From the NCBI GenBank assembly GCA_013239625.1, contig MU054187.1, positions 24,492,433 through 24,556,432 of the forward strand: DNA of 64,000 bases, in the 5' to 3' direction. A program made the position numbers and the translations under genes. The DNA comes from Lama guanicoe. Its lineage: Eukaryota. Within the stretch, counting starts at the first letter, position 1; every line of letters starts with the position of its first letter. Positions 39,233 to 52,595 of the stretch are shown here, in pieces. Below the pieces are notes generated by a model. The model did no database searches. It saw only the letters and a list, made by a program, of their open reading frames with translations, and had not been told where the DNA came from.

Positions 39233-40957
39233 CATGGAAAAGGCCACCGTAGATAACTGATACTCCATAATCCATAGAGCCAGAGAGATATAAGTAAAAT
39301 GAAGAAGCAGAAGAGCTACTTCCAATTAAAAGAACAAGAGAAATCCCCTGAAAGAATGATCAATGAAATAGAGCTCTATAGTCTACTGGACCATGCCTTG
39401 AAAAAGGGAGTGATGAAAGCACTGAAGGAAATAAAAGGGACTATGAATAGAAACAGAGACTACTTTAAACATGAAACTGAAAATATAATGAGGAGCCATT
39501 TAAAAGCAGAAAACTCAATGGCTGAGCTAAGGGCTGAGTTAAGGCAGTCGAAAGCAGACTACACAGTGCAGAGGAACAAATAAGTGGCCTAGAAGCCACG
39601 ATAACAGATGTCACCAACCAGAACAGCAGATGGAAAAGAAGATAAAAAACAATGAAAGCAATATAAGGGGCATATTTGATAATATAAAGCATACCAACCT
39701 ATGCATAATAGGGGTACCAGAAGGAGAAGAAAGGGCAAAGGAGTTTAAAAAGGTATTTGAAGATATCATGACTGAAAAATTCCTAAGCATAAAGAAGGAA
39801 TCAGATATCCAAGTACAGGAAGCACAGAGGCTCCCCAACAGGAAGAATCCAAATAGACATACACCAAGATATATTATCATTAAGATGGCCAGGGCTAAAG
39901 TTAAAGAAATCATTCTAAAGGCAGCAATAGAAAAACAAAAAGTTAGTTACAATAGACACAACAGAAAGAACCTCCATGAGGCTTTCAGCTGATTTTGCTA
40001 CACAAACACTGCAGGCCAGAAGGGAGTCACAAGATGCTCAATGTCACTAATTATCAGAGAAATGCAAATCAAAACGACAGTGAGGTATCACCTCACACTG
40101 GTCAGAATGGCCATCATTAAAAAGTCCACAAACAATAAATGCTGCAGAAAGTGTGGAGAAAAGGGAACCCTCTTATACTATTGGTGGGAATGTTAACAGG
40201 TGCAGCCACTATAGAAAACAGCATGGAGATTCCTTAAACAACTGAAAATAGACTTACCCTATGATCCAACAACCTCACTCCTGGGCATATATCCAGAAGA
40301 AGCTCTAATTTGAAAAGGTACATGCACCCTAATGTTTATAGCAGAGCTATTTACAACAGCCAAGGCATGGAAGCAACCTAAGTGTCCATTGACAGATGAT
40401 TGGATAAAGAAGTTGTGAGGTATATATATAAAGATATATATATATATATTATATATATATATATATAATATATATATGTATATGTATATGTGTGTGTATA
40501 TATATAAAATGAAATACTATTCAGCTATAAAAAGAATGAAATAATGTCATTTGCAGCAACATGGATGGATCTAGATATGGTCACAGCAGATGAAGTAAGC
40601 CAGAAAGAGAAAAACAAATATCATATGATATCACTTACATATAGGATCTTAAAAAAATGAACTTATTTACAGAACAAAAACAGACTCCCAGACATAGAAA
40701 ACAAATGTATGGTTATCAGGGGGAAAGGATAGGGGAGGGATAAACTGGAGTTTCAAATTTGCAAATACTAATTACAATGCATAAAGTAGATAAACAACAA
40801 GATCTTACTGCATAGCACAGGGAATTATATTCAATATCTTCTAATAACCTATAATCAAAAAGAATATAAAAAGGAATATATATGTATAACTGAATCACTG
40901 TGATGTACATCAGAAACTATGACAACATTGTAAATCGACTATACTTCAATAAAAAAA
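39233..40957 (+). mobile_element. Internally deleted L1: ORF1 5' part (39299-40035) fused directly to the ORF2 3' end and 3'UTR
   Basis: ORFs 39299-39583 and 39630-39992 (DNIKHTNLCIIGVPEGEER, QVQEAQRLPNRKNPNRHTPRYIIIKM) are ORF1p. After AAGAT (40031-40035) the sequence is the ORF2 C-terminal region, 3'UTR and A-tail. (TA)n at 40423-40505. Confidence 0.92.
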
Positions 40958-41039
40958 TTAGAGAATATAGTGAAAAATCTGGAAGGCATATTATTTTTGA
41001 AGCATAAGATATGAATGCAGAATTTAATCTAATAATTTT

Positions 41040-41190
41040 AAAGATCTAGAACTTTAACACGTATCAGAATCCCTTACAGAACTTGTTAAAACAAGAGTTT
41101 ATGGCTCAGTTAGTCTGGGGTGTTACATAGAAAAATCTGGGATAAAGATGCTGTTCATATGGAAACCACACTTTGAAAAGCACTGATTTA
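41040..41190. mobile_element. MER5-like hAT-Charlie DNA transposon remnant
   Basis: AACTTTAACACGTATCAGAATCCCTTACAGAACTTGTTAAAACA...ACCACACTTTGAAAAGCACTG. Confidence 0.6.
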
Positions 41191-44112
41191 CCTAAAATGG
41201 AACTGTATCTGGAAAAATATGAATAACTGAATGATTCAAAAAGAAGTAGAAAAAAACAGAAAAATCAAATATGATTAAGGAATTACTTCTTTAAAGTAGC
41301 TAGAGAATTTGCCTGTTGAGTTGTTTAAAACTATTAAGAAACATAATCCCCATGTCAGAACAAATATTTCTGACCATTAAAAAATGGAAAACTATCCAAT
41401 TCATTGGAAGCTGGTATTAACTCCGAAAACAAAACCTGAAAAAGCATAAAAAGAAAAAAAATTATAAACTTGCAGTTATTCAACCATTTATATAGCCTTG
41501 GAACCTTGTTCACTTGAAACCATATGTGGGAGACCAACTCATAAAGCCAATAAAAGTAGAGATGCTCTCTGCAGAGCGACTCCTTAGCCCTAATGCAGTG
41601 GCCGCACGTGAGTGATCACTGCTGTAGTCCGAACTCACGTAGGAATATGAATTTAAAAAGCCAAGTAAAATATTGGTAAGCTGAAAAATAAAACTGTCAA
41701 CCAAGGAAGTATGTATTACCCCATAAAGGCAGGCATGCTTTAATAGTAGAAAAATTATCAATATAAATCAAAATAGTTGATTCAATAAGAAAAAAACTGT
41801 TAAAATGACTATTTCCATTGAAAACATTTTTGTAAACCAGAAGCGGAAGGAAAGCTATTAATCATACTTGAAATATCAAACTCAAACCAACATCTGTTAT
41901 AGAGAAGTTCTGGAGTCTTAGATACTTCTTCAAGACCTTAAGATTTTTCTTAAGACTTCCAAACTTGCTTAGAGGGTTCTAGGGGTCAGTTCCACTAAGG
42001 GTATAAGAATGAAGATGAATACAGAACATAGCAGCATCTCTCAAAGATTGTTCCAAACCAGAAATGTTAGTTTTACAGGTCAGGAACCTTGCCTCAGAGC
42101 TCAGAAAGTTTGGGAGAACTCTTGTTATGTGAAGGGAAACTTGTTTCTCAGAGTCTTTAATACGCATTGTGCTATCACAGCACATTCCAAACCTGAATGG
42201 CCACATAAAATATTCATTTCAAGGAACAGCTTACAGATCACACTGAGGAAATTGTATGATAGAGAATCTGATTGCTTTTTCTAAGGTAGATGTACGACAG
42301 ATTCAATTTCTTCCATTTTACCCCAAGAGGTATTGCCTCTCTAAGCGCCGCCCCCTGTGGCAGCACTGTACTCCAGGGGCCTATGGCAAAGATGTCATCA
42401 GCAAGAGAGAGAAATGCGCTGAACACTGTGTTTTCATATCACGTCTTGGGATGCTGTAGATGTTGTTATATTTGAAATATTTTGGCACCTTCTTTACATT
42501 CCACATGTTGACCAAATGGCTTTGCAGACTTCTAAGAAGTTCCGTCTCTCTTCTTGGAAAGATTTCCAGGTAACTCATTAGGAGTTGTTTTTATAATTCC
42601 TGCAGCTACTGACATTATTTTCAAGTAAATATCATGTCCATATCATTTAATTTTGGCAGGTCCGAGATGCTGTGGGGTGTATTACAGAAGGACTGAAACA
42701 ATTGCATTATCTACTAAGAGTAAGTTTTCAAGTAATGATGAAAATTAAGTTTTAGTGTGCATTGGTCTATAACCATTTTTCAGCTTTGTTAGGGAAATAA
42801 TGTTCCTAAATTTTTCCCTAAAGCAGAGAACATAAGATGAAAATTACTTTCCATGTGCTCTTTCTATGCTTCTGATACTTGGCAGGAATGCTGATGATTC
42901 AGTGTGTCTACCCAGAGTATTCAGTACACTTTGTGTACTCTTTTTTAAATTTACACATATCGCTACTTCAATTACTCTTCTTAATAGTCCATTCCCTCTT
43001 TTAATTAATTATTCTCTTGGAAAAGTAATGACTTAGTATTAATTTTAAATTTCTTCTTTAACAAAATCAGTATGCAGTAAATAATTTCTAATTCCATTTT
43101 GGAATATAAATACTTTTCCCACTGTAATTTATTTACCCTTTCAAACACTCTCACACATTATTCTCAGTACTTTCTCCTTTGTTTTTTTTTGTTTGTTTGT
43201 TTGTTTTTTGGGGCTTTTTTTGGTTTTTTTTGGTCAGGGTTATATTGAGGCAAATTGCCCAATGGCAAAACCACTCTTTGAAAAGAAGTAGATGGTTTAA
43301 GGAAGTAATGTTTAAAAATGCTAAAAATGACACCCCATTAGTCTAAAATGTTTATTTCCTCTTTTAAGTATGACTTTCTCCTAAGAAGCGTATTAACCTG
43401 TGGAGAAGTCTGTTTTATTTATGTGCTAAATCCTTTGCTGTATGCCTACAGTGACTTAATATATAAAGGTTTTTGGAAGGTGGGTAGTGGTGATTTTTGT
43501 TTCAGAAAATTTATTCAGACAAAATTAATTATGCTAATCATCTCAATTTATTCCAGAATAAAGAAGTTAATCATTCTTTCTTAGTATTTTATAATAAAGA
43601 GCTAATGAATTTTAAAAAATTACTAACTAAGCAAGTAGCACTGTGCTCAGTAACATAGAAGATACAAATGAAAAGAAAATATATCAGCTGCCCCCAAAAA
43701 TCTTACCATCTACCTTAAAAAGGGAATACTTGGAAGACTTTGGAAGCAGATACAATACAAGGGGGAAATTCTGAGACTATAATCCACATGGTTTTGTCAC
43801 AGAGCTGTATCACATTTTAAAGATAAAGCATATTTAAGTAGAAATTTTCATTTTTACATTAACTTCTCAGAAAAATACTAAAGAATTAGTAAGTTCTAAT
43901 TTGAAACCACAATAGAAAGTTAAATTTAACTCTAGGCTTTCAAGATCTTTTCTTTCTCCAAAATTCAGCAGCGCACAACTCCAGAGTATAGTATTTACAT
44001 AGAATATGAAGCAAGTGGCACCACCAAGAACCACACAGTGGTGTATTGCTGACTCCAATGTTATATCAGAATTCATGCTCCCCACACCTACTGTTTCTCA
44101 TCTCTTTGTACC

Positions 44113-45270
44113 TTTTTTTATATTGAAATATTGCTGATTTACAATGATGAGTTAGTTTCTGATGTACAGCATAGTGATTTAGTCATACATATATATGTTT
44201 ATATGTATACACATGTATACATATTCTTTCTCATTCTTTTTGATTATAGGTTATTAGAATATATTGAATATAGTTCCCTGTGCTATACAGCAGGATCTTG
44301 TTGCTTATCTATTTTATATATGTATTACATATGATACTCCCAAACTCCGAATTTTTCCTTTCCCTCCATCACTAGTAACCATAAGTTTGTTTTCTATGTC
44401 TGTGAGTCTGTTTCTGTTCTGTAAATAAGTTCATTTGTGTCATTTTTCTTTTAAGATCTTACATGTAAGTGATATCATATGGTATTTATCTTTCTCTTTC
44501 TGGCTTACTTCACCTAGCATGTTCATCTCTAGGTCCATCCATGTTGCTGCAAATGACATTATTTCATTCTTTTCATGACTGAACAGTATTTCATTGTGTA
44601 TGTACGTGTGTGTGTATATATATATATATATATGTATAATCTCACAACTTCTTTATCCACTCATCTGTCAAAGGACACTTAGGTTGTTTCCGTGTCTTGG
44701 CTATTGTAAATAGTTCTGCTATGAACACTGAGGTGCATATATCTTTTCAAATTAGAGTTTCTTTTGGATATATGCCCAGAAGTGAGGTTGCTGGATCATA
44801 GCATAAATCTATTTTCAGTTTTTAAGGAATCTCCATGCTGTTTTCTATAGTGGCTGCACTTGTTAACATTCCCACCAATAGTATAAGACGGTTCCCTCTT
44901 CCCCACACTTTCTGCAGCATTTATTGTTTGTGGACTTTTTAATGATGGCCATTCTGACCAGTGTGAGGTGATACCTCATTGCAGTCTTGATTTGCATTTC
45001 TCTGGTAATTAGTGATACTGAGCATCTTTTCACGTGCCTATTGGCCATCTGTATGTCTTCACTGGAGAATTGCTTGTTTAGATTTTCAGTTGGTTGGTTT
45101 TTTTTTGATATTAAGCTGTATGAGCTATTTGTATATTCTGGAATTTGAGCTCTTATCAATTGCATTGTTTGCAATTATATTCTCCCATTCTGCAGGTTGT
45201 CTTTTCTTTTTGTTTATGGTTTCTTTTGCTCTGCAAAAGCTTATAAGTTTAATTAGGTCTTGTTTGTTTA
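44113..45270 (-). mobile_element. 5'-truncated L1 (ORF2 C-terminus and 3'UTR)
   Basis: ORF 44863-45174(-) [43 protein letters not shown]-run at 44113. Possible degenerate TSD ATCTCTTTGTACC / ATCTCTTCCTATC. Confidence 0.95.
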
Positions 45271-45649
45271 TCTCTTCCTATCTTGTGCAAAATTACAAAG
45301 TTTTTTACCTTGTTTTAAATTTTCTTTTTTTCCATTGCCTGTTGTCTGTCTCTATTCTCTGTTAGCACTGCACACATGTACACACACATACTCACAAATG
45401 TACTTTATTTTATATTAAGTCAAGGAGCAAGCCTCTTTATCACATCTGCCCTTGAATTTAATTGTGGTATCATTTTTTACCTTTTATAAAAATAAATCTT
45501 AACAAGTTACTGCTCTAAGATAGACAGCATTTTTGTTTATTCATTCATTCATTCAACTAAAATTTGAGCATCTGCTATGTATATATTTATGTGTTTATTA
45601 TGTATATGTATCTATATTTTCACAAATATATGTATGTATACACATCTTT

Positions 45650-46100
45650 CTGTGCCAGGTAGTTTTTTGCCTCCCAAAAAGGCATCTTCCCGCTCCCCCA
45701 TTGCTATCAGAATCAAGATTCTGATTAGGTATCAAGGTACCCCCCTTCATCACAGAGAAGGCAGACCTGACCCTTAGACTAAAACAAACAGGTAACAAGT
45801 TCTGGACAATGAGACATAAGAGAAAGCTTGACAGTGTAAAGAAGACCTCTAGGGAATATTTTTCTCCTTCATAAAAGGCTGCCATAAGAATAGTTTGGGT
45901 TTTTGTTTGTTTGTTTGTTTGTTTGTTTGTTTGTTTTGCCTTTGACATGGTACCCAGAGCTGCTATCTTGCCATCATGAAGAGAAAACCAAGTAAAACAG
46001 AGACACTGCTTCAGAGCCAGACATTATTAAGCCACCAAACCAATGCCAGAAATGGTCCTACATTCTGATATTTAATAAAAAATAAATTCATGCTATTTCA
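45650..46100 (+). mobile_element. Ancient MaLR LTR remnant (MLT1-like) containing (TTTG)n
   Basis: GAGCTGCTATCTTGCCATCATGAAGAGAAAACCAAG...GACATTATTAAGCCACCAAACCAATGCCAG. (TTTG)n at ~45900-45937. Confidence 0.5.
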
Positions 46101-47410
46101 CACATGATTAATAAAGCAATTTCTTAAAGTACTTCCAACTGAAATATCTCTTCATGTGAAATAAGACCTCACTGTAAAACAATTTCAGATCTTAATGAGT
46201 ATGAAGAAGAGTATTTCAGAGGGCTGGACTCTCCCTGGGACCCTGAGGTCATAGTGCATAAGTACTTTTATGACTTCTCTAAGGTCATTTACCTTATTAC
46301 TACGTCTGCCTGTTCTCTGTATGTATTCAGTGAACCCAAGCTTTCAACAGACAAGCATGGAGAGGAACTCTCAGAAAAGTGGCAAGTCTTTGCAAACAAA
46401 AATGTGAAAAAAACAAAATAACAAAACAAAGTTCTGCAGTGAGTACTGGCCTCATACTCAAGAGCACATAGTATGTAAATGCCAGCTGCATTTAACCCTA
46501 TTTAACCTCTTCTGAACAGAAACAGCTAATCTCAACAAACAGCGTCATTCCTAAGGACAAAGAACTCACCTAGTACTCATTCTAAGGTCGGTTTAAAAAA
46601 ACAAGGTGAATGTGTACAGAACTTACTAAACACTTTCTTTTCAATCAAATGATCTACAGCTCCTACTAGAGCTGCACTCTAGCTTGCTATTATTTTAAAC
46701 AAAATTTTAAATGTGGATAAAATATGCCACAGCCAACACTGTAAGGCTGTAATAAATCATTCAGAACACATAATTCATAAAATTTTGCTTACATGAGCAT
46801 TATGTCAGTAATTTAGCTATAGATTTTCTTCTTGACAGGTAGACACCATTGAGCACATGATTCTAAGAAGAAAAATAAGGGCCTACTCTGATACTAACCA
46901 AGTCTGCTCAGGACTTAACAGAGCAGCAAGAAGCACTAGCATCACAGCTATCACAAGGGAACCAACTACAATCATGCCTATGTATACAAACTGTCCCAAT
47001 CATAAGCCATATCAACAATGGTTCCCATTGAAGCGACTCTATTATATCTTATGACAAATTAAGCCAAAAAATGCTGCATATGCAGGGTACACCTTATTTT
47101 GGACTAATATGTCCTAAAATCTACAAAAATCTAAAATCATGAAGTAAAAGTTTTCAAAAAGGATAAATTTGGACCTGGTTTATTATTGTAAGACGTGAGA
47201 ATTGCTTGACCACTCTGAGCTTCCATTTCCTCATGTGTTACCCTGAAGCTTAATCACAGTTTGCAATTATTTGTGCTTTTGTCCACCTCTCTCAGTAGAA
47301 TATGAACTGTGCAAAGATAAGGATCATGCCTATCTCAGGTCTCTGTGGTATCCCCACTCATCACTAGGCCTGGTCTATCACAGAGGCTCAATGAAAATAT
47401 TGAATTAGTG

Positions 47411-47534
47411 TGGGGGAGGTTATAGCTCAGTGGTAGAGTGCATGCCTAGCATGTATAAGGTCCTGGGTCCAATCCCCAGTACCTCCACTAAAAAATGAAT
47501 AAATAGACCTAATTACCTCTCCCCCCAAAAAAAA
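47411..47534 (+). mobile_element. tRNA-derived SINE (Vic-1-like)
   Basis: GGGGGAGGTTATAGCTCAGTGGTAGAGTGCATGCCTAGCATGTATAAGGTCCTGGGTCCAATCCCCAGTACCTCCACTAAAAAATGAATAAATAGACCTAATTACCTC. Confidence 0.92.
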
Positions 47535-47830
47535 CTGAATGTGAATTAAACCTTATAAATACAATCTAATTCATAAGATTCTTTTAAGAAATAAATGAGA
47601 TAATGTGAAGCTAGGTGTTTTGTAAACTGTAAAGCATTGTAAAAATATATATATTGTTATTAACTAGACAAATGCTTCAAGTCTTCCTGAATTTACAAAA
47701 AGTAAACTCTTACCAGCTCTGCACTACAATTAGTCACCAAACCTCTTTAAGCCACAGCTTGAAGCTGGACATCCTAAAATGGAGACAGCCTACTTCTTCC
47801 TGGTGTAAGAATAAAATTTAAAAATGTATG

Positions 47831-48478
47831 TGTGATAGACTGAATAATTGCCCTCAATGTCCTAATCTCTAGACTCTGTACATGTTATGTTATATGACAA
47901 AAGGGACTTTCTAGAAGTGATCAAGTTTAGGATCTTGAAATAAGGAGATTATCCTAATTACACGGGTGGGCTTAATGTAATACCAGAAGTCCTTCTAAGA
48001 GGGATGCAGAAAGGGAGAAGGGTAAAGCTCAAGTGGTAGAGCACATGCTCAGCACCCAGGAGGTCTTGGATTAAATCCTCAGTAATTCCTCCAAGTGGAA
48101 ATCAATGAAGAAAGCTAATTACCTTCTCTTCACAAAACAAGCAATACAAGCTAAGAGGAATGCAGGAGATCTCAAAGTCAGTGAAGAAGGTGATCTAATG
48201 AAGGAAATGAAAGTTGGAGCGATGCACTTTAAAGATAGAGAAAAGGGTCACAAGCTAAAGAATATAGACAGACACTAGAAGCTGGAAAAAAAAAAAAAAA
48301 GAGGCAAAGAAGGATTCTCCTGTCAGAGCTTCGAGAAGGAACCAGCCTTGTGACCTCTTCACTCCAGCCCAGTGAAACTGATTTCAGATTTTTAACCTCA
48401 AGAACTGTGGGACAATAAATTTGTGCTAAGTCACTAAGTTTGGTAATTCTCTTATAAAATCAATAAGAAACTAATATA
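47831..48478 (+). mobile_element. MaLR solo LTR (MLT1C/D-like) with perfect 5-bp TSD, interrupted by a SINE
   Basis: TGTGATAGACTGAATAATTGCCC...AAAAGGGACTTT...GGAGATTATCC...GATTCTCCTGTCAGAGCTT...AAGAAACTAATATA. GTATG on both sides (47826-47830, 48479-48483). Confidence 0.85.
48010..48150 (+). mobile_element. Diverged tRNA-derived SINE (Vic-1-like) nested in the MLT1 LTR
   Basis: GGGTAAAGCTCAAGTGGTAGAGCACATGCTCAGCA...GGATTAAATCCTCAGTA. TSD CTAAGAGG(G/A)ATGCAG at 47995-48009 and 48151-48165. Confidence 0.85.
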
Positions 48479-49089
48479 GTATGTCAAGTTGAATTTAGCT
48501 GTGAAGGAGTACACAAAATTAACATATTCGCTTTTTGTATCTGAGGGAGCAGTGTAAACGGATCCCTATGTTCACCAGCCACAGAACACTACAGTGTAAT
48601 TTTTAAAGGACTGACTACTTAGGCTTTTGATATTATTAGAAGATTACTGCAAGGACAAATGTTAATCCCCAACTCTTTGACAAAGACATTTTGGACTTTA
48701 AGGCTTCCATATGTTGTAGTATATGGTTTTTGTACATTGAATACTTTAATTCTTGCAATATCCTTATGCAGTTGATACCACTACCCCCACCCCCACCATT
48801 TTATGTATAAGAAAACTACTTCAGAAGGATCAAGTAACTCACCCAATGTGAAACCCATTTGTAAGTGGTGGAGCCATGGGTGGAGACCAGATTTTTCAGT
48901 AGTAATTTGGCTTCAGAATCATAGTCTTCTGCAGAGCCAGCTGAGAGAAATAAGGAAAAATTGCTTTGTCCTGCTTCCCTGCTGTATCATTGGATGCCTG
49001 AGGGCTTCTCAGGCCCTCTATCTCTATAGTATCTATACAGAACAAAATGAAATTGGACTTCTGCCTAGAGTTGCAGAGTCTCACTCCAT

Positions 49090-52000
49090 AAAAAGAAAAG
49101 AAGTAGGAAACTATAGAAAAGAGAAAAACATAAATGGAAATGTGATAACTACAATAATCTGAAAAAGAAAAAAGATGTAAAAGAGGGCATCAAAATCATA
49201 GAAGGTGGGAGGGAGGAGCAAAAATGTAGACTCCCTTTCTTTTTGTTTCTGTTTAGGATGTGCTTGAGCCTATGTGACTACCACTCTAAAGAAAATAGAT
49301 AATGTAATGGGTTAACATACTTTAAAAACAGGGTAACCACAAATCAAAAGCATACAACAGAATCACAAAAACCAAAAAGAAACCAAGCTAATACAAAAGA
49401 AAACTATCAAACCACAAAAAAGAAAAACAAAAAGAAGAAATATCAAAGCAACTGGAAAACAAAGTTAAAAATGGCAATAAATACATATCTAGCAATAATT
49501 ACTGTAAATGTCAATGGCCTAAATGTTCCAATCAAAAGACACAGACTGACACATTGGATAATAAACAAGAGCCTACAATAAGCTAAAAGAGACCCACTTA
49601 AGGGTGAATGACACAGATACACTGAAAGTAAGAGGTTGGGAAAAGATATTTCATGCAAATGGAAATGACAAGAAAGCAGGAGCAACAAAACTGATTTCAG
49701 ACAAAATAGACTTTAAAACAAAAGCTATAAAGAAAGATGAAGAACACTATGTAAATTTCAAAGGAGCAATATAAGATGAGGATATTATACTTGTTAAGGT
49801 ATATGCACCCAATACAGGAGCACCTAAATATATAAAACAAATACTAACAGACATAGTGGGAGACATTACTGGGAACACAATAATAGTAGATTTTAACATC
49901 CCACTAGCATCATTGGACAGGTCTTCAAGACAGAAAATCAGTAAGGCAACGGAGATACTAAATGACACAATAGAACATTTGGACTTGGTTGATACTTTTA
50001 GGACATTCCATCACCAAAAAACAGAATATACATTCTTTTCAAGTGCTCATGGAATGTTCACTAGGATAGACAACATACTCAGGCACAAAAGAAGCCTCCA
50101 CAAATTTAAGAGAATAGAAATTATTTCAAGCATTTTTGCTGGCCACAATGGTATGAAACTAGAAATCAACCACAGAAAAAAAAGATGACATGGAGACTAA
50201 ATAACATGCTACTAAAAAACCAATGTGTCGACAATGAAATCAAAGAACAAATTTAAAAAATACTCTGAGACAAATGAATGAAAACACAATGACACAAAAT
50301 GTACAGGGATACAGCAAAAGTAGTCTTAAGAGAGAAGTCCATAGTGATACATACAGGCCTTCCTCAAAAAACAAGAACAACCTCAAATAAACAGTCTAAC
50401 CTACCACCTAAAAGAATTAGAAAAAGAAGAAGAAACAAAACCTAAAGTCAGCAGAAGGAAAGAAATAATAAAGATCAGGGAGGAAATGAGTAAAATAGAG
50501 ATTAAAAAAAAGAAGAAACAAAAAATCAATCAAACCAAGAGCTGGCTTTTTGAAAAGTAAACAAAACTGACAAACCTCTGCCCAGACTCCCCAGCGAGAA
50601 AAGAGGAAGGACACAAATAAACAAAATAGGAAATGAAAATGGAGAAATTACAACCAACACCATAGAAATACAAAAAAAAAAAAAAAGAGAGAGAGAGAGA
50701 GAGAGGATACTATGAACAGCTATATGGAAACTAATTGGACAACTTAGAAGAAATGGACATGTTTCTGGAAACATACAGTCCACAAAGACAGAATAGATCA
50801 CTTGAACAAACCAATCACTAGACGTGAAGTAGAATCAGCAGTAAAAATCCTCCTTGTAAACAAAAGTCCAGGACCAGATGACTTCAATGCAGAACTCTAC
50901 CAAATACACAAAGAACTCATACCTATCCTTCTCAAACTCTTCAAAAAGATTGAAGAGGAGGGAATACTCCCAAACTCATTCTATGAGGCTATCATTACCC
51001 TGATACTAACACCAAACAGAGACACTACCAAAAAAGAAAATTACAGACCCATATCACTGATGAACATAGACACAAAAATCCTCAACAAAATATTAGGAAA
51101 CAGAAATCAACAGCACATAAAAAAGATTATCAACCATGATCAAGTTAGATTCATCCCAGGGACACAAGAATGGTCAAAATACGTCAACCAATAAATATGA
51201 TACACCACATTCACAAAAGAAAGGACCAAAATCACATGATCATCTCAACAGATGCAGAAAATACATTTGATAAAATTCAAAACCCATTTATGATAAAAGC
51301 TCTTCTCAAAGTGGGTATAGAAGGAACATACCTCAAAATAATAAAAGCTATTTATAAAATACCCCCAGCCAGCACAATATTCAGTGGTGAAAAGTTGAAA
51401 GCCTTCCCACTAAAATCTGAAACAAGACAAGGATGCCCACTCTCAACACTTCTAGTTAACATATTGGAAGTCCTAGACATAAAAATCAAGCAAGAAAAAT
51501 AAACAAAAGGGATCCAAATGGAAAGAAAAGAGATAAAATTTTCATTATATGCAGATGACATGATATTATGTATTTAAAATCCTAAAAGCACAACAGAAAA
51601 ACTACTAGAGCTGATAAAATAATTCAGCAAGGTAGCAGAGTGCAAGACTAACTTACAGAAATCAGTTGTGCTTCTTTACACTAACAATGAAATGTCAGAA
51701 AAAGAAAGTAAAGAAACAATTCCTTTCAAATTGCGTCCAAAAAATAAAATACTTAGGAATAAATCTGACCAAGCTAGTGAAAGACTCGTATGCAGAGAAC
51801 TACAAAACACTGATGAAGGAAATTAAAGATGATTTAAAGACATGGAAAGATATCTCATGCTCTTGGATTAGAAGAATTAGTATTGTTGAATGGCTATACT
51901 ACACAAAGCAATCTACAGATTTACTGTGATCCTTATCAAATTACCCAGAACCTTTTTCACAGAACTAAAACAAATAATCCTAAAATTTATATGGAATCAC

Positions 52001-52595
52001 CAAAGACCCAGAATTGCCAAAGCATTACTGAAGAAAAAAAATGAAGCTGGACTCCCAGGCTTCAGACAATACTACAGAGTGACAGTAATCAAAACAACAT
52101 GTTCCTGGCACAAAAATAGGCATGTGGATCAATGGGACAGAATAGACAGCCAAGAAATAAACCCACAGACTTACTATAATTAATTAAGTTAGTCTTTGAC
52201 AAAGGAGGCAAGGATATACAATGGAGTAAAGACAGTCTCTTCAACAAGTGGTGTTGGGAAAACTGGACAGCTGCATGTACATCAACGAAGCTAGTACACT
52301 CCCTCACACCACACACAAAAATAAACTCAAAATGGTTTAAAGACTTAAATAAAAGACAATACACTATAAACATCATTGAAGAAAACATAGGCGAAACATT
52401 CTCTGATATACATCTCAGCAATTTTCTCCTTGGACGGTCTACCCAGGCAATGGAAATAGAAGCAAAAATAAACAAATGAGACCTAATTAAACTTAACAAA
52501 CTTTTGCAAGCAAAGGAAATCATAAGCCAAACAAAACAACAACCTATAGAATGGGAGAAAATATTTGCAAATGATGCAACTGACAAAGGTTTAAT
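49090..52595 (+). mobile_element. LINE-1 fragment: inter-ORF spacer plus decayed ORF2, 3' truncated
   Basis: ATGGCAATAAAT ORF2 start at 49471. ORF pieces 49856-50188 (EN), 50802-51194 ([21 protein letters not shown]), 51170-51502 (TRQGCPLS) and 51890-52183. YADD at 51548-51559. Collinear with 1-3220. Confidence 0.97.

Noticed and set aside
38240..40970. 17-bp near-direct repeat AAAATTAGA(A/G)AATATAG (38240-38256 and 40954-40970) as a TSD around the whole composite L1
   Set aside because: Low-complexity A-rich sequence. The left copy lies ~55 bp before the L1 start, inside what looks like an older L1M remnant, so the match may be chance. Not fully excluded.
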